A DNA stretch of 64,000 bases from NCBI GenBank assembly GCA_947085855.1, contig CAMTYB010000001.1:469788-533787 (forward strand). Direction: 5' to 3'. This DNA comes from an uncultured Candidatus Saccharibacteria bacterium (GTDB lineage: Bacteria; Patescibacteriota; Saccharimonadia; Saccharimonadales; 2-12-FULL-41-12). The position numbers and the translations under genes were made by a program. The notes beneath the pieces are model-generated. The model had not been told where the DNA came from and made no database searches. It saw only the letters and a program-made list of their open reading frames with translations. Positions 33,977 to 42,232 of this stretch are shown here, piece after piece. How positions within the stretch are numbered: position 1 is the stretch's first letter; the number at the start of each line of letters is the position of its first letter.

Positions 33977-35500
33977 ATGGACTTATTTGAGTTAGCAACA
34001 CGAAGAAGAACCTGGGTAATCATTGGTTTTGTGCTGGTAACGTTGTTATTGTTGAACTGGCTCTACAACACATCATATATTGAGATCAAAGTACCTAATG
34101 CTGGCTCAAAAACAGTTTCCTATGAACTATTGAACCAGACTACTAACAAGCAAGACTCGTTTGAGGCTGAAGGTGATTCTGTTAGAAAGCGCGTGAGTCG
34201 TGGTAATTATGAGGTTGTTGCAAAGCTTGAAGGCAGTTCTTACTTCCAGGTTACTAAGACAAAGGCCTTTCTGCGCCCGACTACTATCGAGGCTTCACTT
34301 AAAAAAGAACGAGATCGACAATTTGTCGGCAACAACCCGGAGGGCTGTGCACTCTACGACCAAACGATTGCTTTCTCGTATGCCTGTAACGGGACGCTTG
34401 GTGAACTCATGATCCACACTCCAGCCACAGACCAAGCACCGACTGCAACTGAAAATGTTTCGAGCGACTTGGCCAACCTTGATATCGGCGGCATCATACC
34501 CTTGGGCGACAAGCGCTATGTGTACGCCCAGGGCGCTACCGATCTTGAATCCGATATCCAGGAGCCGATCATGTTCCAGCTTACTGATTCGGGTGGGCTA
34601 GTAAATCGAACTGATCTTGAAAATGCCAACGCGGAACAACAACACAAGATTAGTCGATACCAGGAAGGATTTTTACTATACGCCGCTGACGCCAGTGACC
34701 TTAAATACTACAAAAAACCCGACGCTAAACCAGAAAAAATCACCATACCACGACCAGATAAAAAGAATATTGAGCCGTTTGGCATGAGCGCATCCGGAGA
34801 CACCATTGCTGTCGCTTATCAAGACGCAGAACTAGCTGAGCGCGCCGACGTCCATGACGAAAATCAAACCGGTAAAACATATATTCAAATTTATCAGCAA
34901 AGGGAAGTGAAGACTGTTGAGATAGCAAAAGCTGTATCAAGTTTTGTGTTATGTGGCGATAGGTATTTGTGCGCTATCGCAAATAATGAATTAGGCGTCT
35001 ACGACATCAGCGGCAAGAAAGCCGAGTCTCTTTATCAGGTAAAAAACGTGAAGTCCGTCATACAAAACGACAAGCAGATAGCTGTTGAACGCGAATCAGA
35101 GATTCTCAATATTGATGTTTCTAGCAGAAACGGCTCTGTTGGCCTGAGTCTCGAAAAGGTCACATCTTGTGGTTTGTCTGGTGCTGCCAACGGATATACT
35201 GTTTGCGCTATCAATAATAAGAACGACAAGGTCTTGTTGTATGTAGACAACACCAAAGAAAATGTGAGTAACATTGATAAAAAGACTGCTTCGCTCCTCG
35301 AGCAACCATATATAGACTCTGTTTCTGTATATAAGAACTTCGTGTTTGTAAGCCCTAATGTGGGTAGCCTGGTGTACAACCCAGCCACTAAAGGCTACGA
35401 GTATGACGCCGTGCTTAAAGCCGACGTCGCTCAAAAACTTAACAATTTTGTTGGTTCAACGAACTTCAGCGGCTATCAAGTAATCAATACTCGACTTTAG
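33977..35500 (+). CDS. N-terminally anchored hypothetical protein (last gene of the T4SS-like block)
   Basis: 507 aa with anchor 'WVIIGFVLVTLLLLNWL' and a repetitive beta-strand-like composition. Its stop overlaps the recF stop (TTAG at 35497-35500). Confidence 0.5.
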   Translation: MDLFELATRRRTWVIIGFVLVTLLLLNWLYNTSYIEIKVPNAGSKTVSYELLNQTTNKQDSFEAEGDSVRKRVSRGNYEVVAKLEGSSYFQVTKTKAFLRPTTIEASLKKERDRQFVGNNPEGCALYDQTIAFSYACNGTLGELMIHTPATDQAPTATENVSSDLANLDIGGIIPLGDKRYVYAQGATDLESDIQEPIMFQLTDSGGLVNRTDLENANAEQQHKISRYQEGFLLYAADASDLKYYKKPDAKPEKITIPRPDKKNIEPFGMSASGDTIAVAYQDAELAERADVHDENQTGKTYIQIYQQREVKTVEIAKAVSSFVLCGDRYLCAIANNELGVYDISGKKAESLYQVKNVKSVIQNDKQIAVERESEILNIDVSSRNGSVGLSLEKVTSCGLSGAANGYTVCAINNKNDKVLLYVDNTKENVSNIDKKTASLLEQPYIDSVSVYKNFVFVSPNVGSLVYNPATKGYEYDAVLKADVAQKLNNFVGSTNFSGYQVINTRL

Positions 35501-36555
35501 ACAGCAATAACCGTAGCTCTTTTACTAAAGTGCTCGACAGCAATATCTGCATCTGTGGTAGTAAGAATAGTTTGGTGGTCTTTTAGAAAATCTGTCAAAG
35601 CATGGCGACGACCACCGTCCAGCTCACTAAATACGTCGTCAAGCAGCAAGAGCGGTCGGTTGCCCCGTTCTTTTTCGAGAATTTCAAGTTCAATTATTTT
35701 AAGGGTCAAAACTAATGTTCGCAATTCACCACGAGATGCAGAGACAATGGCTGGATCATTGCCAAAATAAAGCACAAAGTCATCACGATGCGGCCCATTG
35801 CCTGTAAAGCCACGTGCTGCATCCTTATCTATATTTATTTCCAGCAGACGCATGAGGTCTGAAGAGTAGTTACGCGTGTCTACAGTGGTTTCATAGTTAG
35901 CACGGACCTGCTTATCTTTATTTGAAATTGTTTTATATAAATCGTTTATCTTGTTGCTTATTGCTTCGGTGGTAGCGAGTCGATGCTGAACAATTTGCTC
36001 AGCCAACTCAACGAGACGCAAGTTCCACGCAAACAACTGCTTGGTGTTTGCACCGTTTCTTTTCAGTAGGGTGTTGCGCTGCAGTAATGTTCTTTTATAT
36101 TGCTGTCTAACAGTTTCGTAGCCTGAGACATATTGCTCAATTAAATCATCCACGTATTCACGTCTTTTACTTGGTTCACCCTCTACTAGCTGGAGATTGT
36201 TTGGCTCAAACAAAACTATAGGCTGCTGTGAAGCCAGGGGTAGTCTTTTGTGTGCTTTGCCGTCGATTTCAAACTGTTTTTCGAGCCGGTCAGCAGTATT
36301 AGTCTGTAATTTTACTGTACGTAATGTATTAGTGTTTGTATGGACATCTATCCGCGCCCAGCTTTGGCCTGCTTGTAATAATTGAATGTCTTTTGATCGG
36401 TAAGATTTACCAACACTAGCTACCATAATTGCTTCCAACAGATTTGTTTTACCAGCTGTGTTAGGGCCTACTACTATAGTTACACCTGGTCCTAGTTCAA
36501 ATGACGCATCAGTATACGACCGATAGTGCTGGAGGCGAACATCTGTAAATACCAT
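35497..36555 (-). CDS. recF: DNA replication and repair protein RecF
   Basis: Walker A 'GPNTAGKTNLLEAI' and Walker B/D-loop 'LLLLDDVFSELD'. Conserved position after dnaN. Confidence 0.9.
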   Translation of the reverse strand: MVFTDVRLQHYRSYTDASFELGPGVTIVVGPNTAGKTNLLEAIMVASVGKSYRSKDIQLLQAGQSWARIDVHTNTNTLRTVKLQTNTADRLEKQFEIDGKAHKRLPLASQQPIVLFEPNNLQLVEGEPSKRREYVDDLIEQYVSGYETVRQQYKRTLLQRNTLLKRNGANTKQLFAWNLRLVELAEQIVQHRLATTEAISNKINDLYKTISNKDKQVRANYETTVDTRNYSSDLMRLLEINIDKDAARGFTGNGPHRDDFVLYFGNDPAIVSASRGELRTLVLTLKIIELEILEKERGNRPLLLLDDVFSELDGGRRHALTDFLKDHQTILTTTDADIAVEHFSKRATVIAV

Positions 36556-36574
36556 GTCTGTATTATAAGTACTA

Positions 36575-37666
36575 TCAACTCTTGAGTGGCATAATTAGGT
36601 GTAGGTAGTCTTTTTCGTCTATGCCACGCAACACACACGGCTCGAGCTTACCATTAAATGCCAAACTAACTTCTTGATCGCCAATTACAGCCAGTGCGTC
36701 CAAAAGATAACGAGAGTTTAGGGTGATACTAGCGGTGCCAGTAACCTTAGCTTCGGCTGTGGCTGTGTTTTCACCAAGTTGGGAGGCGACTGAGCGGATG
36801 CTTACTTTTTTCTCATCTTCATCGAGCTCAAGTGTAATACTACCGGCGCTCTCCCGAGCGAACAAACTCGAAACCTTAGTAATATTCACAAGTTCTGCTT
36901 TAGGTAGAATAGCGGAGGTAGAAAAAGAAGCTGGAATTAGCTTGCGGTAGTCTGGGTAATTTCCGTCGATCAGTCGAGTAACTAGCTCGACATCACCCAC
37001 TGTAAACAACACCTGTTGGTCGTCGTGAGTCACTACAACATCGTCGTCGTAATCACTGATTATCCGAAGCAGGTCTTGCATGGCACTAGCCGGTATTAGT
37101 AGTTTTACTTCTTGTTTAAGGTCTATTATTTTTCGCTCAGCCAATCGGTAACTGTCAGTAGCTGCTACAAATAGGCTGCCTTTTTCGGTATGGAAAAATA
37201 CACCGGTAAGGGTTGGTCGTGCTTCGTCATTACTGGCAGCCAACACAACCTGTTGGAGCGCTTTTTTGAGCGAGCTAGCAGCCACATTCCATGAGGTACC
37301 GTTTTTTATTTGTGGCATAACCGGATAGTCATCAGCAAGTGCGCCATTGATGGTTGATTTATACTGGTCGGCTTTGATTTTTAGTTTTGTTTCATCAACC
37401 TGAATATCAATTACACCTTGTGGCAGACTACTGACAAAATCTTGCATAAGGCGGGCAGGCACCGTGATCGAACCTTCTTCTTTCACCTTAGAACCGATGA
37501 AGTGTGTGATAGCAATATTTAGGTTTGTAGCGGCAATACACACCCGATTATCAACGGTTTTAATCAAGACATTTGACAGGATTGGTAACGCATTTCGAGT
37601 ACTCGCAACACGAGCTACGTTTAAAAGTGCCCGGCTTAGGTTTTCTTGTGTGACTTGGAGCTTCAT
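36575..37666 (-). CDS. dnaN: DNA polymerase III beta sliding clamp
   Basis: 363 aa with typical N-terminus 'MKLQVTQENLSRALLNVARVASTRNALPILSNVLI' and a three-domain length. Conserved position after dnaA. Confidence 0.9.
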   Translation of the reverse strand: MKLQVTQENLSRALLNVARVASTRNALPILSNVLIKTVDNRVCIAATNLNIAITHFIGSKVKEEGSITVPARLMQDFVSSLPQGVIDIQVDETKLKIKADQYKSTINGALADDYPVMPQIKNGTSWNVAASSLKKALQQVVLAASNDEARPTLTGVFFHTEKGSLFVAATDSYRLAERKIIDLKQEVKLLIPASAMQDLLRIISDYDDDVVVTHDDQQVLFTVGDVELVTRLIDGNYPDYRKLIPASFSTSAILPKAELVNITKVSSLFARESAGSITLELDEDEKKVSIRSVASQLGENTATAEAKVTGTASITLNSRYLLDALAVIGDQEVSLAFNGKLEPCVLRGIDEKDYLHLIMPLKS

Positions 37667-37766
37667 GTAATTACCTGGCTTTCCTAAAACTATTAGTTAA
37701 CTTAATTAGAGTAGTAGATATAGTAGTAAGGCCTGTGGAGACTGTCGAAAAGAACCGATTAATAGA

Positions 37767-37794
37767 TGTGAAAAATCTTACAAGCTGTGGGTAA
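37767..37794 (+). repeat. 28-bp direct repeat copy 1 (tgtgaaaaatcttacaagctgtgggtaa)
   Basis: Identical to 37821-37848. Each copy ends in a DnaA-box-like TGTGGGTAA. Confidence 0.85.
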
Positions 37795-37820
37795 AACCTG
37801 TGAGTTGGTTGCGGGTAATT

Positions 37821-37848
37821 TGTGAAAAATCTTACAAGCTGTGGGTAA
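37821..37848 (+). repeat. 28-bp direct repeat copy 2
   Basis: Identical to 37767-37794; 54-bp periodicity. Confidence 0.85.
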
Positions 37849-37935
37849 TAAAAATTATTAAGCACAGGGCGGTGGAAAACCAACCAAGTTATACCTGTGT
37901 TGGCCCACAGGTCGTGCACAGTATATCCACGGACA

Positions 37936-39330
37936 TTAGACATACAAACGCTCCTTAATCTCGGCAATTGCTTCCCGAATTTCGCTATCGTACGCCTGCT
38001 CCTTGCCGATTTTATCGACTGAGTGGAGGGCGGTTGTGTGGTCTTTGCGCCCAAGCTCCCGAGCGATCTTAGGAAAGCTTAAATGAAGCTCACTACGAAG
38101 CATATACATAGCAATTTGGCGTGGTACCACGATCTCTTTATCGCGTTTTGGCCCGAGGAGCTCCTCCATAGACAGGTGGAAGTGTTTAGCGGTGCGCTCC
38201 ACAATTTGCTTAGCGCTCACATGTTTCGGCCGTGATCTATTATTTCCAAACAAGGCCACTGCCACATCAATTGAAGGTTCGATGTTCCGCATCTCACAAA
38301 AAGCCAGCAAGCGATTAAGCATGCCTTCAAGCTCACGGATGTTACTTTGGCCACCACCACCAAGGTGCTGAACAAGGTCATTACTAAGGTCGACACCGCT
38401 ATTCTGAGCCTTAGATTGAATAATGGCGCACCGTGTTTCGAAATCCGGTGCTTGCATATCAATTGCCATACCCCATTCAAATCGTGAGCGAAGACGATCG
38501 GTTAGAGTCGGTATTTTTTTAGGATGCGTATCGCACGTAATAATAATCTGTTTATTAGCCTGATGGAGGGCATTAAATGTATGAAAGAACTCCTCTTGGG
38601 TCTTTTCTTTGCCGGCTATGAACTGGATATCGTCAATTATCAAGACATCCGCACTTCGGTAACGACCAGCAAAGTCAGTGTTTTTCTTGTAGCGAATGGC
38701 GTCTAGAAATTCTTGAACAAACTGCTCGCTTGAAACGTAGACAATTCGCGCCTGATCATTGTTGCTCAAGATGCCATTACCGGCTGCTTGGATAAGGTGT
38801 GTTTTGCCAATACCAACGCCGCCGTACAGGAAGAGCGGGTTGTATTTTTGGCCAGGAGTTTGGGAGATTGCCTGACAAGCTGCGTACGCGAGCTCGTTGC
38901 CTGATCCGACAATAAAATTATCAAATGTGTAGCGTAGATTAAGTCCCTGACGGTAACTATGAGTTATGTCGTTAGTTGGCGCGGTGCTTGACTTGGTGAC
39001 CGGCTTATTTTCTGTCTGAACGGCATTTTCTAGAATGATAGCATCGTCTTCGACCCGTCGATTAAGACTATGTGAGGATAGGATTTTATATTCAATTTTC
39101 TCAAACTCGACACCGTTCTTTTTAAGAGTATCCTCAACAAGGTCATTGAAGCGGCGTTCGAGTTGCTGTTTGGCAAAAATATTCTGAGCACCAATAACCA
39201 CGCAACCATCCTTAATCTTAAGAAGACGCGAGGTTTTAAACCACGTCACATAATTGCCTTTAGAAACGCCAAGCTCAATTTCACCCAGAACTGCCTGCCA
39301 AAGATTACCAAAATCGACTTGTTGAGCCAT
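37936..39330 (-). CDS. dnaA: chromosomal replication initiator protein DnaA
   Basis: The ATG at 39330 is preceded by AGGAAGG. Walker A 'GGVGIGKTHL', Walker B 'VLIIDDIQF', and C-terminal DNA-binding 'IARELGRKDHTTALHSVDKI'. Confidence 0.92.
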   Translation of the reverse strand: MAQQVDFGNLWQAVLGEIELGVSKGNYVTWFKTSRLLKIKDGCVVIGAQNIFAKQQLERRFNDLVEDTLKKNGVEFEKIEYKILSSHSLNRRVEDDAIILENAVQTENKPVTKSSTAPTNDITHSYRQGLNLRYTFDNFIVGSGNELAYAACQAISQTPGQKYNPLFLYGGVGIGKTHLIQAAGNGILSNNDQARIVYVSSEQFVQEFLDAIRYKKNTDFAGRYRSADVLIIDDIQFIAGKEKTQEEFFHTFNALHQANKQIIITCDTHPKKIPTLTDRLRSRFEWGMAIDMQAPDFETRCAIIQSKAQNSGVDLSNDLVQHLGGGGQSNIRELEGMLNRLLAFCEMRNIEPSIDVAVALFGNNRSRPKHVSAKQIVERTAKHFHLSMEELLGPKRDKEIVVPRQIAMYMLRSELHLSFPKIARELGRKDHTTALHSVDKIGKEQAYDSEIREAIAEIKERLYV

Positions 39331-39703
39331 ACCCTTCCTAACATTAATTTTTATGTTGGCGGTCAACAAACAGGGGTTTATGAGGTAACCCCACATATTC
39401 TCCGACCACACCGAGCTATTTTTGAGTAAAAGATTTTTGTATACCTAAACTATAACAAATGTTCGGATCTTTTCCACAGAATTTGTGCAGTAATTTTGAC
39501 ATTTCATAAAGTTTCATTAAATAGGTGCGCAACAGAGGGGAAGTTATACACACCATAAAACCACCCCTGTATTTGTGTGGATAAAACCGTTCACTACGTG
39601 GAAAAGTGGCAGCAAAGGAGGGGACTTCCATTGTTAATTCTACGTTAAGTCGGAACACCGAAGTTTGACTTACAGGGGTAAAACAGGTATAGTTATACGG
39701 ATT
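39331..39703. other. rpmH-dnaA intergenic region: second DnaA-box cluster and dnaA promoter region
   Basis: Perfect TGTGGATAA at 39576-39584. TTTTCCACA (39470-39478) and TTATACACA (39544-39552) each have 1 mismatch. Confidence 0.6.
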
Positions 39704-39841
39704 ATGCCAAAAAGAACGTATCAACCAAAAAAGCGACACCGCTCACGCGAACATGGCTTTATAAAGCGTATGGCCTCTAAAGCTGGCCGTAACGTCCTTA
39801 AGCGCCGCCGCCTCAAAGGCCGCGCTCGTTTATCTCACTAA
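39704..39841 (+). CDS. rpmH: 50S ribosomal protein L34
   Basis: The 45-aa product '[45 protein letters not shown]' is below the ORF-track cut-off. Confidence 0.92.
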   Translation: MPKRTYQPKKRHRSREHGFIKRMASKAGRNVLKRRRLKGRARLSH

Positions 39842-39862
39842 ATACCGTGCGTTAGCACAAAG

Positions 39863-40225
39863 GTGGCGATAATGATCGCACAAATCAATCGCTTTCATGG
39901 CAGAACAGCTATCGGGCTTGTCTATAAAAAGGGCAGGGCTGTGCGCAGTGATGCAATAACGTTGCGCTACTCGCCATCAAAACGTAAAGACTACCGGTTG
40001 GCAGTAGTAGTAAGCCGCAAGGTAAGCAAATCTGCCGTGGTGCGCAATCGCATTCGTCGTCGCATATACGAAGTGGTTCGAAATGAACACAAGGCACATA
40101 AGGTTGAATGGCCGTACGATCTCGTGTTGAGTGTATTTGACGAAAAAGTGGCAACCATGTCGCCCGAGTCACTCAGTGAGTGTGTCCAAAAAATATTAAA
40201 GCGTGCCGGCCTGTTGTCGGCCTAA
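39863..40225 (+). CDS. rnpA: ribonuclease P protein component
   Basis: GTG start. 'RLAVVVSRKVSKSAVVRNRIRRRIYEVVR' contains the RNR motif. Conserved position after rpmH. Confidence 0.85.
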   Translation: MAIMIAQINRFHGRTAIGLVYKKGRAVRSDAITLRYSPSKRKDYRLAVVVSRKVSKSAVVRNRIRRRIYEVVRNEHKAHKVEWPYDLVLSVFDEKVATMSPESLSECVQKILKRAGLLSA

Positions 40226-40263
40226 ATCATTGCATGTTACAGTAGTAATAAGGAGTTTACTTT

Positions 40264-41187
40264 ATGTTTGAGACGTTGTTAGTCCGTCCTGTTTTTAATC
40301 TCTTAGAATTCATATACGCTATTGTTCCTGGCCATGACCTTGGTATTGCCATTCTCATATTTACGGTAATCATTCGGCTGGCACTTTGGCCACTGGTGCA
40401 CCGCCAGCTTCATCACGCCAAAGTTATGCGCCAACTCCAACCAGAGCTTAAGAAGATCAAAAAGGCAGCCTCAGGCGATCGCCAAAAAGAAGTACGCCTG
40501 CAGATGGAACTCTATAAAGAACGAGGCATCAAGCCGCTGGCTAGCATCGGCACGCTTATTATTCAGATCCCCATATTCATCGCTTTGTACCAGGCAGTGC
40601 TCAAGATTACCAACGACCCGTCAAGCCTTATCAACTTCTCGTATGACTGGGTACGAAACTTACCTTGGATTCAAACACTTGCCAATGACATCACTAAATT
40701 TGACGAAATGTTCCTCGGTTTTGTTGACCTAACGCGCAAGGGTGTCGAGAATGGTAACCTGTATTTCCCGGCCATTCTCATTGTTGCGGTCTCCACGCTC
40801 ATGCAGTACATCCAGACCAGACAAATGCTCTCAAGCGACAAAGATGCCCGCAAACTATCAGTTATCTTGAAGGAATCAGCCTCAGGCAAGGAAGTTGATC
40901 AGTCGGAAGTAACGGCTGCTATTAGTCGTTTGATGGTCTACGTTTTACCAGTCTTCATATTTGTTTTCGGCCTGATTGTTCCAGCCGCTCTGGCGCTTTA
41001 TATCTTTGCCAGCAGCGCCGTTGGTTATGTCCAGCAGCGCCGGGTCTTTAAAGAAGACGCTGAAGAGTTGCAGGAAATTGCCGATGAGCCAGTTGACGAT
41101 GCTAATCAAACAGCGGCCACTAAATCTAAAACCAAAAAAACACAAACCAAGAAAAAACGAACTACTAAAAAGAAACGGAGGAAGTAG
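40264..41187 (+). CDS. yidC: membrane protein insertase YidC/Oxa1 family (short, Gram-positive type)
   Basis: Polytopic 307 aa with 'LIIQIPIFIALYQAV' and a highly basic C-terminal tail 'KTKKTQTKKKRTTKKKRRK'. Conserved synteny. Confidence 0.85.
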   Translation: MFETLLVRPVFNLLEFIYAIVPGHDLGIAILIFTVIIRLALWPLVHRQLHHAKVMRQLQPELKKIKKAASGDRQKEVRLQMELYKERGIKPLASIGTLIIQIPIFIALYQAVLKITNDPSSLINFSYDWVRNLPWIQTLANDITKFDEMFLGFVDLTRKGVENGNLYFPAILIVAVSTLMQYIQTRQMLSSDKDARKLSVILKESASGKEVDQSEVTAAISRLMVYVLPVFIFVFGLIVPAALALYIFASSAVGYVQQRRVFKEDAEELQEIADEPVDDANQTAATKSKTKKTQTKKKRTTKKKRRK

Positions 41188-41666
41188 TGGAAGAGTCTAT
41201 CCAGTATGCCAAAAAATACCTCGAGGACTTGCTGTCGTTTTTTGGTCTCAACACAGAAGTAAATGCTTCAAATAGTGATGACGAAGTAATAGAATTACAC
41301 GTACCTTCTTCGCACCTCAATGGTTTTTTGATTGGTCAGCGCGGTGAAACTATGCACGCCCTACAGTTTTTGGTTAGCAGCGCTCTTAGGGCTAATGATT
41401 ACGAAGTTTCACGAGTAAATGTGGATGTGGCCGATTATAAGCAGCAACGCGCTGATCGTTTGGCCGAAAAAGCCGTAACTTGGATCGAGGCAGTTAAGAA
41501 ATCTGGCGAGCCAATGCCTTTGCAGCCAATGAATGCAGCTGACCGCAGAACTATTCATCGTCTGGCTGGTGAGCACGGTGTTGAAACCGAATCCCACGGT
41601 GAAGGTCGAGATCGCCACATTATCTTAAAGGCATCAAGCGACACACCAGGCGAAACTGACGATTAG
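41187..41666 (+). CDS. jag: Jag/SpoIIIJ-associated KH + R3H RNA-binding protein
   Basis: KH-like 'GFLIGQRGETMHALQFLV' and R3H 'ADRRTIHRLAGEHGVETESHGEGRDRHIIL'. Follows yidC. Confidence 0.8.
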   Translation: MEESIQYAKKYLEDLLSFFGLNTEVNASNSDDEVIELHVPSSHLNGFLIGQRGETMHALQFLVSSALRANDYEVSRVNVDVADYKQQRADRLAEKAVTWIEAVKKSGEPMPLQPMNAADRRTIHRLAGEHGVETESHGEGRDRHIILKASSDTPGETDD

Positions 41667-42223
41667 TGCTGGTGAGGTGTCCGTTTCTTCCTCGAGCGCT
41701 TCTTCTTGTGTTTTGGTTGTGACGGTGCACTAGCTTCTGTTGGGGTGTGTACAGCAAAAGTGTTGCCTGGATGTATGGGCGATTGCGAAGCAGTAATATA
41801 GCGCTGTCCGGCCCAGTAAGCAACACTCGCGATCAGTATAATTAAGCAGATCACCAAGATAACGGGAGATTTACGACTTGGTTCTTTTTTGTTAACCGGG
41901 GCAGTGCTGAGTGTTGTGCTGGGTTGCACCACAACTTCTGGTTGCGTTTGATTTGGGCTTGAAACCACCCCAAGCGCGTGGCTGCTACTCCGCGACAATA
42001 CGTCTTCACCCTTGTTTTGCTGCAAAGAACCGACTTGGTTTTGAGTGTTGGCAGTTGCTTGCGCCTGGGACGACTGGGCGCTTTGAGGCTGCAACCCGGT
42101 CTGTGAAGTGGTTTGCTGTAGTGAAGACTGAGCATGAACCAACTGAGGGATCGCCAACACCAAGAAAACAGTCAGACCACTCGCTACAACTGAAACCCAA
42201 TTTTTGCTCATTATTTTTTGCAT
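41663..42223 (-). CDS. secreted Gln/Ser/Thr-rich protein with C-terminal TM anchor and basic tail
   Basis: Signal peptide 'VASGLTVFLVLAIPQLVHAQ' followed by a low-complexity Q/S/T region. The anchor is 'VILVICLIILIASVAYW' and the tail 'KHKKKRSRKKRTPHQH'. Confidence 0.5.
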   Translation of the reverse strand: MQKIMSKNWVSVVASGLTVFLVLAIPQLVHAQSSLQQTTSQTGLQPQSAQSSQAQATANTQNQVGSLQQNKGEDVLSRSSSHALGVVSSPNQTQPEVVVQPSTTLSTAPVNKKEPSRKSPVILVICLIILIASVAYWAGQRYITASQSPIHPGNTFAVHTPTEASAPSQPKHKKKRSRKKRTPHQH

Positions 42224-42232
42224 CAGATGTTC

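Larger units (their letters stand above)
37667..37935. other. dnaA-dnaN intergenic region: candidate oriC segment (DnaA-box-like 9-mers plus AT-rich stretch)
   Basis: TGTGGGTAA occurs at 37786-37794 and 37840-37848 (1 mismatch to TGTGGATAA). TGTGGAGAC (37734-37742), GGTGGAAAA (37871-37879) and ATATCCACG (37923-37931) have 2 mismatches each. The AT-rich tract is 37681-37730. Confidence 0.6.

Noticed and set aside
16690-35500. An integrative conjugative element
   Set aside because: No integrase, relaxase, coupling protein or flanking direct repeats are visible. The borders are core genes (hsp20, recF) and the composition is similar to neighbouring core genes. This still needs the whole genome to exclude distal components.
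37767-37848. Two identical 28-bp direct repeats with a 26-bp spacer, which superficially look like a mini CRISPR
   Set aside because: There are only two copies and no cas genes. Each repeat ends in a DnaA-box-like 9-mer, and the location between dnaA and dnaN fits origin architecture.
37671-38054. 127-aa minus-strand ORF covering the dnaA-dnaN intergenic region and the 3' end of dnaA
   Set aside because: It overlaps the dnaA coding end in another frame. It runs through the DnaA-box/28-bp-repeat region, and its repeated 'YPQLVRFF' peptide is just the translated DNA repeat. It is best explained as a spurious ORF in oriC.
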